Position numbers and translations under genes: made by a program | Part shown: piece after piece, positions 11,423 to 20,300 of the stretch | Numbering within the stretch: position 1 is the first letter of the stretch | How the letters are laid out: the number at the start of each line of letters is the position of its first letter | The notes under the pieces: generated by a model | The model's database searches: none | Told to the model about the DNA's origin: nothing | What the model saw: the letters and a program-made list of their open reading frames with translations, nothing else | Source of the DNA: a virus | Strand: one strand, 5' to 3' | DNA: 64,000 bases | IMG/VR virus record: IMGVR_UViG_3300030693_000013

Positions 11423-11832
11423 TGGCAGCCGTAGGTCCAGTTTGTCACATCCCGCCGAAGACAACGTCGTTTGTCTTGACGCCGAAGGCTATCCAGGGCC
11501 TGCCGCCGCCGGCGCAGCCGACGATCGCGTCGCTGCAGTCGACGGTCAACCAGCTGCGCCAGTACATCAATCAGATGAACCAGAATTTCACTGAGATTAT
11601 CAACAACATCAACAACCAAGCGCCGGGCCAAATCTCTTCGAACGCGAAGGGTGGCGGAACTTTCACGCAGGCTAGTCAGCAGCTCCAGACAGTCCGCGTT
11701 TTCCAGGGAAACGATCCGACTTCGCCAAATTATGTGGATGTGCAATACGTCACGAAACTCGTGATGGATAGCGACGAGCCGCAGGGCTCGTGGACTTATA
11801 ACGCACCGCCCCCAACCCCGCCGAGTTCGTAA
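11422..11832 (+). CDS. Hypothetical structural protein
   Basis: TAATG-coupled; short coiled-coil. Confidence 0.55.
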   Translation: MAAVGPVCHIPPKTTSFVLTPKAIQGLPPPAQPTIASLQSTVNQLRQYINQMNQNFTEIINNINNQAPGQISSNAKGGGTFTQASQQLQTVRVFQGNDPTSPNYVDVQYVTKLVMDSDEPQGSWTYNAPPPTPPSS

Positions 11833-12413
11833 TGGTCGATGGTCCGTACGGTACTGGCTTTTTAGGCCAGATTGTCAACGTGCATTTTGCGCCGGCGCTG
11901 TGGCTCGCGATCCAGTGCGGCGTCGCCGGCAACGGCACGGAGAACATTACGATCGCGCTTGGAAGTGGCCCGTCGTTCAACACTATCACGAACAGCGTCG
12001 GTTGGTCGAAGCCGGGCACTCTGCCGATCATCAAGCCCGACCCCATTATCTCTGGCTCCGGGAACACCCAGCTGTCCGGATACCTTATCGGCCGCGGGCT
12101 GCTGGTGGCGATCGGACCCAAGTTCCTGCCGTCTGGCACCCCGTTCACCATCCTCGCCAACTGCTCCAGCGGGCTTGACATGTTTGGCGACAGCGGCGCG
12201 GAAACCGTCGGTGTCAACCTCTTGGATGGCACCAAGGCGGTCCTTGCCGGGCAGGATGCGTTCAATAACCTCGTCACCGTGGACCCCGCGCAAGGCTTTC
12301 TATCAGGCGCCACGCGCACCACGAACGTGATCTCGGGCGGCTCGGTGCTTAGTTTCAATATCGACCCGGTTCACAAGACAGTTACAGGATCGGGTGGCGT
12401 CCCCGGGGCTTAA
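11832..12413 (+). CDS. Hypothetical structural protein
   Basis: TAATG-coupled in the tail operon. Confidence 0.55.
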   Translation: MVDGPYGTGFLGQIVNVHFAPALWLAIQCGVAGNGTENITIALGSGPSFNTITNSVGWSKPGTLPIIKPDPIISGSGNTQLSGYLIGRGLLVAIGPKFLPSGTPFTILANCSSGLDMFGDSGAETVGVNLLDGTKAVLAGQDAFNNLVTVDPAQGFLSGATRTTNVISGGSVLSFNIDPVHKTVTGSGGVPGA

Positions 12414-12425
12414 CCGCTTTTTAAC
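12410..12425. promoter_or_regulatory. CtrA-type box TTAA-N7-TTAAC
   Basis: TTAACCGCTTTTTAAC, 42 nt upstream of the ATG at 12468. Confidence 0.6.
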
Positions 12426-12467
12426 GGCGTCAAGGTACCCCGGGAGGACCATTTCAGGGGAAGAAAT

Positions 12468-14357
12468 ATGTCTGACGTCAGCACTTCCACCAATTCGTCG
12501 CAGGGTTCGAGTAGCTCCTCGCCGGTTCAAACACCCGAAAACGATATTAGCAATGCCGTCTCCGCGACCGCATCGAGCATGGCCTCCCAGCTCTATAGCT
12601 GGGCGCAGGGTGTTTACGCGCAGACCAGCGCTGTCACCAACGAAGCGGTAGGGAATTTCTTCACGGCCTCTAAGCAAATGATGGGCCTCTCGAACTCCAT
12701 GATCGACCAGTACAACAACCTCTTCGCGCCAGAGAACGCGGAGCTGGTTGCCGATGCCAACAGCTATGCCTCGCCGGCGCGCATTGACGCCGACATGGGG
12801 ATGGCCGGCGCCACCCAGGCTCAGGCTGGCGCGTCCGCGGAGCAGAACTCGATCTCTCAGCTCCAGCAGTTCGGTATCGACCCGTCCTCGGGCCGCTATG
12901 CTTCTTTGCTTAACGCCGACAACGTCCAGAACGCCGCGAATGTCGCGGGAGCCGAGAACACGCAGCAGCGCGCTGACGTCGCCACTGGCCAACAGCTGCG
13001 CGCCGATGCCGTTCAAGTCGGCGCTCAACTGCCGTCGTCGATCGCGAACGTCACGAACACCAGCCTGCAAGCCTTGAACGGCGCGGAGAACGCTGAGCTG
13101 GGCAATGCCAACACCGGCAACTCGCTGATGAACACGCCGAACAACTACCTCAAGACGGCGGGCAACATCCTGCAGCCTATGCAGGCTTCGAAGTCGCAGA
13201 ACACCAGCCAGGGCAACTCGAACAGCACCAAGACCGATGCGGGCAAGTCGCAGCCAAACCCCAGTGGGCAGGGCAATGGTGGTGGGCAGGGCAACGCCGG
13301 TGGGCAGGCCTGGGGCATGAACATGCCTGCCGGCGGCCCAACACTCACCCCCGTCAATCAGAACCAGAACCAGAACCAAGACAACGGTGATTACAATCTC
13401 GGCGACATGTATGGCCCCGACAGCATCGGCGGTGTGCTGCCTGAAGACTTCACCGGCGGTGACGGCTCGATGACCATCGGTCAGCCGGGCTCTGCCGACA
13501 CGCCGATCCAGAACACCGACAGCAACCAGAATGGTGGCATCTCCGACCCGTTCCAAAACGGCGGCTTCGGCGACACCCTGCCGCAGGACAACAGCGGCTT
13601 CGGTGGGCAGAACCAGACCTTCACGGGCTCGAACGGCGCGCAGGACACGCCGTATGGCAACATCAACTACAACTCCAGCGCCAACGGTGCCAATGGCAAC
13701 GCGGAGGGCGGCGGTGGCGGCTCCTGGGGTGATGGCAGTGCATTCGGTACCCCGGGCTCGTTCGGTGACACCACCGGCTCGCTCGGCGGCAGCGATAGCG
13801 GGACCTTCGGCAATGCGCCGACCCCGCCGCCGTCCCAGGACAGCGGACAGTCCCCGTATGCCGGGGGTGATATGGGCGACACCGGCGATAGCACCTATAC
13901 CCCGCCCTCGTCGACTGGCGACAGCAGCGAGAGCTGGACGCCGAACGACGATACCGACACCTCGACCACGAGCCCTGAGGATCAGGCACAAGATGATGCG
14001 CAGGACAGTGGCGACGATAGCGGCGGCGATTACGCGCGCGGCGGCCCGGTCATGGGCATCCCGCGGCATGTCATCCCGCACCTGAACAACCACATGCGCA
14101 AACACGGTCAGCGCCGTCTGCAAATGGCTTCTGGCGGGCAGGTCCCGGCAGCTGCCTCACCCTCGCGCGGGGCTGTGACGGATGATATCCCGGCGCACGT
14201 CAATGCCAACGAGTTCGTGATCCCGCAGGACGTCGCGCTGTGGAAGGGCCAGGAGTTCTTCCAGAACCTGATCACCCAGTCCCGACAGAAGCGGATGATG
14301 GCGCCGGCGGCTGCTCAAAAGGCCCCGAAAGCCCAACCGACGGCAGGAGCACGATAA
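12468..14357 (+). CDS. Internal virion/ejection (pilot-like) protein
   Basis: A/Q/N-rich helical N-half, G/D/S/N low-complexity region, C-terminal GG..TDDIPAHVNANEFVIP motif. Confidence 0.65.
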   Translation: MSDVSTSTNSSQGSSSSSPVQTPENDISNAVSATASSMASQLYSWAQGVYAQTSAVTNEAVGNFFTASKQMMGLSNSMIDQYNNLFAPENAELVADANSYASPARIDADMGMAGATQAQAGASAEQNSISQLQQFGIDPSSGRYASLLNADNVQNAANVAGAENTQQRADVATGQQLRADAVQVGAQLPSSIANVTNTSLQALNGAENAELGNANTGNSLMNTPNNYLKTAGNILQPMQASKSQNTSQGNSNSTKTDAGKSQPNPSGQGNGGGQGNAGGQAWGMNMPAGGPTLTPVNQNQNQNQDNGDYNLGDMYGPDSIGGVLPEDFTGGDGSMTIGQPGSADTPIQNTDSNQNGGISDPFQNGGFGDTLPQDNSGFGGQNQTFTGSNGAQDTPYGNINYNSSANGANGNAEGGGGGSWGDGSAFGTPGSFGDTTGSLGGSDSGTFGNAPTPPPSQDSGQSPYAGGDMGDTGDSTYTPPSSTGDSSESWTPNDDTDTSTTSPEDQAQDDAQDSGDDSGGDYARGGPVMGIPRHVIPHLNNHMRKHGQRRLQMASGGQVPAAASPSRGAVTDDIPAHVNANEFVIPQDVALWKGQEFFQNLITQSRQKRMMAPAAAQKAPKAQPTAGAR

Positions 14358-15181
14358 TGGCTGGCCAATCATTCGCTAATGACGGCGCCTGGGGTGCCGG
14401 TACCGATGAAGTGGGCAACGCGACGACCGGTGCGGTAAGCACTGGCGGGACCGATAGCGTGCCCGGGGGTTCGGCCGGTACGACCGATGCCAACCAGAGC
14501 GATTTGACAGGGGCAGCTGCTCTTGCCGAAAACACCGACGCAACCAGCGGCATCACCAATGCCGACGACGCCTATGGCGGCACGTTCTCGAACGGCCCCG
14601 GTGGCGCGACCTGGGACCCGACTTCGCAGGCGGCCGGCGTTGCCCAGCGCAGCGCTGATGCAGCCAACCCGAGTTTCATGTCAGCCGATGGCGGCGGCGC
14701 GTATTTCGACGAGGGTGGCCCCGTCGATGGCGATCCCGACGATCCCAATTCACAAGCCGCGCAGGACCCGATGACTGCCGTGATCCAGAAGTCGCTGGGC
14801 TCGGTCGATCAGGTGCTGCAGGGCATGTATAGCCAGTATGGGCTAGGAGGCGGTAAATCTTCTAGCAACGGCGTTCCCGACGACCAGCAGGATGCGGCGA
14901 ATATGCCGACCGTCCCGGCATCACAGAGCAACAGCGGCGTCGCACCACAGCAGCCGGCGCCGGGCGCGCTCCCGCCGACTTCCAATCCCTTCGGGACCCG
15001 GAAGATGGCGGCCAACCCGAGCGACATGCCGGGCCCGAATGGCGGCAGCTGGAGCGGGCCGACGTCCAACCGGCCCGCTCAAGGCACGATCAAGCCGATC
15101 ACGCCGGCGCCGGGCACATGGAAGTTGCCCGCGCGCGCAGACGCCGGCGGTATCCCAGATGACGATGAAGGAGCAGCCTAA
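14357..15181 (+). CDS. Low-complexity internal virion protein
   Basis: Start taken at the TAATG-coupled ATG (MAGQSF); G/D/A/P-rich. Confidence 0.55.
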   Translation: MAGQSFANDGAWGAGTDEVGNATTGAVSTGGTDSVPGGSAGTTDANQSDLTGAAALAENTDATSGITNADDAYGGTFSNGPGGATWDPTSQAAGVAQRSADAANPSFMSADGGGAYFDEGGPVDGDPDDPNSQAAQDPMTAVIQKSLGSVDQVLQGMYSQYGLGGGKSSSNGVPDDQQDAANMPTVPASQSNSGVAPQQPAPGALPPTSNPFGTRKMAANPSDMPGPNGGSWSGPTSNRPAQGTIKPITPAPGTWKLPARADAGGIPDDDEGAA

Positions 15182-17364
15182 TGTCCATGGGCATTGACGA
15201 CGACAGCTACGATCCGTCCCAGGACCCCAACGGCGCCGGGCAGTCTCAGCCTGCGCCGCAAGGCTCAACTGCGCCTCAGCCGGACCCCAGCTCCATGCCG
15301 GGCTTCCAAGCCCAGGGCAACACCACCCCGAACGACAACTCGGGTGCAGCTCCTGTCATGGGCATCCCCGATGACAACTCTGGCGGTGCGCCGGTTACGC
15401 CGACCCCGCCGCAAGACAACACCAATCAGGCTGTCACCGGCCTGAACCAGATGGGTGCCAATCAGGAAGCCAACGCCGGCGGCCAGCCCCAGGCTGCCCC
15501 CGTCGATCCCGTGCAGAACCGCGCACCAGATCAAAGCACTGGCCCGCGCGGGCCGGCCAAACTCATTGCTTCCATGCTGATGGGTGATGGCGCTGCACCT
15601 TTGCAGACCCTCCTCGCCACGCAGAAGTCGGTCGACCCCAGCAACAGCCAGCCCCAGGGCAATCAAAATTTGATGGCGATCGATGCTGCCTTTTCCAAGG
15701 GTGGACTGAAGGAGGCGATGCCGCTCCTGCAGGCCAACCGTGTCGCGTTCAACGCCAAGCAGGCGTTCGCTTACACCGCGCTGCAAGGCATCCCGGGCAA
15801 AGGCCCCGATCTCAATGCTGCGATCAACGCGGCGAACGACGCTGAGCAGCATGTGCTAGATGGCTCGGTCGTGAAGTTCTCGCACGCCGGCAACGGCAAA
15901 ATTACTGCTACAGTAAGTTCGTCACTGCCGGGTATGGACACCACCGTCCCACTTACGGTAGACCAGTTCCGTCAGTATCTCGACGTCGGCAAGGATGGCC
16001 AATGGGACAAACTGCAGAGCGAAACAGTGCCGGGCGTGCTCCAACGGCTCGCGAAATCGCAGAGTTCGAGCGGCGATGCATTCGGGCCATCACCGACGCT
16101 TGGGCAGGACAGTATGTCCAATTCGAAATCGAGCGACCGGATGACCGCGCCCTCGAGCGACGATGGCGCCAGCGCTGGCGGCCGCCCCGCAGCTAAACGG
16201 ACAGGACAGGACAGCGAGTATTCGCAGCCTCATGCCCAGAGCCTTGATGCGTTCCCCGGCCCGAATGCTACGCGCTTCGCCGGCAACTCGAAAGCTGACG
16301 ATGCTATCGATGCCGATCGCCGCAAGCGCGGGCTCTATCCGGGAGATCAAGAAGACAAGAGCGGGATGCACGATAGCCACGGCCATTGGGTTGGTCCGAA
16401 GGCGTCCGCGGACCCGAACGGCTACGGCGAGCAGCTAGAAGCACGCTCCCGTGCGATCTTCCCTGACGTCGGCCATGAAGCCGAGCGGCAGCAGTGGATG
16501 GCTGCACAGAGCGGCGAAGGGGAAAAACTCAAGAACAACATCGACGTTGCCACTGAAAAAGGCCGCGTGCTGAACGAACGCGCCCAGACGACTGGTTCCT
16601 ACAAAGTCGAGCAGGAAGGCGTGAAGCAGGCTGGTGGCAATACCATCCAGCAAACCAAGAACCAAGGCGCCCAGGGTGTCGCGGACACGCGCGCCGGCGC
16701 CTATGAACATGCCTCTGACAACAAACTCGAGGGTACGAAGGACACCAATCAGAGCCGCAGCGGCGACGTGAAATACAAGACCGACGCTCGCAGCAACGAC
16801 GTGAACAACACCAACAACGCCCGCAGCGGTGACGTGCGCTACAAGTCCGACAACCAGCTGGAAGGCACCAAGTATGGTGCTGATACCCGCGAGAAGGGCG
16901 TCGAGTACAAAGCTGACACTGGGCTCGAGGGCACCGAATACAATGCCGACAGCCGCAACGACAGCTCCAAGTATGGGAGCGATCAGCGCCGCGCGACCGC
17001 GGGCGATGCCGCTACTGCGAAGGCCGCTCAGGCCGGACAGAAGGCTCAAGCGGAGATCGACCGACAGGCGCGGATCACCGGCGACAACTCCGATCGCAAC
17101 CAAGCCACCTACTGGCGCAACCGTGCGGCTGACGTCAACAACCCGATGACCCAGCAGGAGCTATCTCAGCAAAACGAATTTTTAGCACATTTGCGACAGA
17201 AGTCGGGTATCGGCAGCGGTCAAGGAGCCGCGCGTACGCAGGCGCCCAGTGTTCAATCTAGTGCTCCTGCTCCGCAGCCAAATCACGATGCCGCTGTGAA
17301 GTGGGCACGAGCTAATCCTCAGGACCCGCGATCGGCGCGGATTTTGCAGGCGAACGGGCAGTAA
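15181..17364 (+). CDS. Internal virion/ejection protein
   Basis: 727 aa with degenerate 11-aa repeats (KYKTDARSNDV, RYKSDNQLEGT, KYGADTREKGV, EYKADTGLEGT, EYNADSRNDSS). Confidence 0.6.
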   Translation: MSMGIDDDSYDPSQDPNGAGQSQPAPQGSTAPQPDPSSMPGFQAQGNTTPNDNSGAAPVMGIPDDNSGGAPVTPTPPQDNTNQAVTGLNQMGANQEANAGGQPQAAPVDPVQNRAPDQSTGPRGPAKLIASMLMGDGAAPLQTLLATQKSVDPSNSQPQGNQNLMAIDAAFSKGGLKEAMPLLQANRVAFNAKQAFAYTALQGIPGKGPDLNAAINAANDAEQHVLDGSVVKFSHAGNGKITATVSSSLPGMDTTVPLTVDQFRQYLDVGKDGQWDKLQSETVPGVLQRLAKSQSSSGDAFGPSPTLGQDSMSNSKSSDRMTAPSSDDGASAGGRPAAKRTGQDSEYSQPHAQSLDAFPGPNATRFAGNSKADDAIDADRRKRGLYPGDQEDKSGMHDSHGHWVGPKASADPNGYGEQLEARSRAIFPDVGHEAERQQWMAAQSGEGEKLKNNIDVATEKGRVLNERAQTTGSYKVEQEGVKQAGGNTIQQTKNQGAQGVADTRAGAYEHASDNKLEGTKDTNQSRSGDVKYKTDARSNDVNNTNNARSGDVRYKSDNQLEGTKYGADTREKGVEYKADTGLEGTEYNADSRNDSSKYGSDQRRATAGDAATAKAAQAGQKAQAEIDRQARITGDNSDRNQATYWRNRAADVNNPMTQQELSQQNEFLAHLRQKSGIGSGQGAARTQAPSVQSSAPAPQPNHDAAVKWARANPQDPRSARILQANGQ

Positions 17365-17365
17365 A

Positions 17366-20300
17366 ATGGCGGACTTCGATCCGGACGAGTATCTCAGTCA
17401 GGTCGAACCAGCAGAACCATCGGACGACAGCGCCCCGCCGCAACAGGCTCAGGGCGACTTCGATCCCGATGCGTATCTTGCGGGACTGCCCGCTGACGAC
17501 AATCCGCAAGCGCCCCCGCCAGCCCCGGAAGGCATGGTCAAGACTGCAGCTCGTCGTGCCGTAGGGCGCGCCGGCGGTGTCATGGGCGGCCTCGTCGGCA
17601 TGGGTATGGGTGCAGCTGAAGGTGCGGGTGCTGGCTTGCCCGGTATCGTCGTCGGCGGTTTGATCGGCATGGGCATCGGCGCCTATGGCGGCCAGGGCAT
17701 TGAAGACGAGGCCAAAGAAGGCCTCGGTCTTGACGACAGCACCCAACAAGCTATCAATGCTGAGGCCAACCCGTGGACGTCTAACCTTACCGACGCTGCT
17801 CTGAACATCGCCGGTATGGGACCTGCTGCGGGCGCTGGCGTGGCCGTGCGCGCCGGTAGTGCGGCTCTCGGCGGTGTGTTGGAAGCCGGTGAAGAGGCAG
17901 CGTCTGGTGAAGACTTCAGCCCGACCAAGATCGCGCTTCAAGCGGCGACCAACGCCGTCTTCCCAGGCGTTAACAAGCTGGGTCAGAAGTTTGTTGGTGC
18001 CGGCGAACGTGCAAGTGCGCGCCTGGGCACTGTGCCGGGACGCCCGAACCAAGCACCCAATCCGGCCGCGGCCCAAGCGCACGCCGATGTGGGCGACACT
18101 TCAACCCAGACCGCGGTGGGCGACAGTTCTACTGCTGAGGAGCCTCCTGTCCGTACCGCTGAGACGATCGGCACCCCGCTCAGCCGGCCTACGAACTCGC
18201 AAGGTGAAGAGGCCACAGGCAAGGGCGGTGACAGCTCGTATATAAAAACGTCTCCATCTCAGGTCGATGGGGATACTGATATGTTGACAACTGGCGATAT
18301 GCCGCCAGACTGGGCGGCGGCGCTCGCGCCTGATCAAGTCGAAGTCCCCGGAATGCCGCGGCCCGAACCGCAGCAAACTAGTGCGCCTGAACAGCCACAA
18401 ACTAGTGCACCTGAACCCACGCCACAGGCAGAACCCAATGCGCAGAGTGCTCCACAACCAGCGCCAGAGCCCAAGCCAGCCGAAGCTGCGGCTCCAGCGC
18501 AGCCTGCGTTCGATCCGGACCAGTATCTGGCACAGCTCAAGCAACCCGTGGATGCCGGGTTCCCCAGGGTGGGCGAGCCTCTCGACCCGGGCGCAGGGGG
18601 TGATGGTAGCCCACGAGTTAGCCCGAATGGACGCAGACCTACTCTTACGCTTAAGTCAAATGCCCAAGAAGGTGCAGCGCCTGTCCGGAACGCTGCTCCG
18701 CGTGTCGATGAACCTGTAAGCACCAAGACCGGCAAAGCTGAACCGAACCCGAGCGATGCCCAGGTCGAGGCTGGCAACTATCAGAAGGCGCATGAGCGCG
18801 TGCTTGGGCGCGACGTCTCCTATGAAACCGAGAAGGGCGGCACCCGGCGCAGCAAGCCGGGCGAGCCACCGTGGGAAACCAACGACTTCCCGGCGGACTA
18901 CGGCCATGTGCTCGGGGTGAAGGGCGCGGACGGCGACAACCTTGACCTGTTCAACCTTCGTAACGGCGACAAGCATTACGTTATCGACCAGCGCAACCCG
19001 GAGACGGGCAAGTTCGATGAGCACAAGATCATGGCGAACGCGCGTGATCTCAACGATGCGCGTGACGCCTACACCAAGAGTTTCTCCGACGGCAGCGGCG
19101 TGTCGCGTATTCATGATATTACGCCGGCGACCGAGGGTGATCTGAAGGCGTGGATGGCGCTCGGCAACAAGAAGAAGCCCTACAGCAAGGTCCCATTCCC
19201 CCAGGCGGTGAAGCAGCCGAAGGTCGTTACTGCGGCAGTAGAAAAGCTGAAGGCGGCTGGTCAGCATGAGATCGCCGCCAAGATCATGGAGCTGCCGGAA
19301 GCCGCGCGGGTGATTGCCGCGAACAAGGCTGCGCGCGCTCTCATCAACAAGACTGGTGAGTTGAAGACCGGCGAGATCAAGAACATCCGCGTCCGCCAGC
19401 CAGCTGAGAGTGTGCCGGGTACCGACGTGCAGTCCAAGGGCCCGCGGGATGCCGCGCGCAAGTCCGGCGAGCTGAACGCACTTCGCGAAGTGTTCGACAG
19501 GCATACCCCTGTCAAGGACGAGGCCGACGCCGACACGATCGCGCGCGCCAAGGCCCTCGCCGAGGAGGCCAAGACCACCGGGCGTTATCCATTCGACATG
19601 CGCAAGAAGCAGGAGCCGGCGATGCTGGTTCGTGCCGCGCGAACACTGGCCAAGGACAAGGACGTCTCCGCGTTCCGCGCCACTGAACAACTCCTCCGAT
19701 CGGATGACCCGGCAGCGCACGAGACTGTGCGGCAGCAGCAGGCTGAGGCCAGTATCGGCCGCTCCCACCGCGCCGGCGACGAGGCTACCGATCGCGGCGA
19801 AGCGGCGATCGCTGAGCGCAACGCGGGCGTAAACACCGAAGAAGACGAGATGCATGATCGCATCGAGAGTAAACGCAATATTGAGAAGGCGTCTGATATC
19901 GACGATGACCTGAAGAAGACCCTCGACATGGACAAGCCGGCGGACCGCAAGGAGCTGGCCGCGCTGTTCAACAAGAAGGCCGAGCAGCAAGTCCCTGAGT
20001 GGAAGAAGGTGCGCGATGCCAAGCAGAAAGAGATCGCGGATCGGACGGCTGAGCTACTGGCTGCTCGCAAAGCTAAGGCTGGCGAGAGCGTTGATACACC
20101 TGTTCGTAAAATCAAGCTGAAGGACGGCACCGAAGTCACCCCCGAGGAGTTCGCCAAGATCGGCGAGGACAAGCCCCCTGTCACTCCCAAGGAGCGCTAT
20201 CAGGACGCCGCTGCCAAGTTCCTGGGCGACGAGAGCGCCTCCATGAACCCGAAGCAGATTTATGCCGACGCCAAGAAATTCCTGAAGAACACTGACAAGT

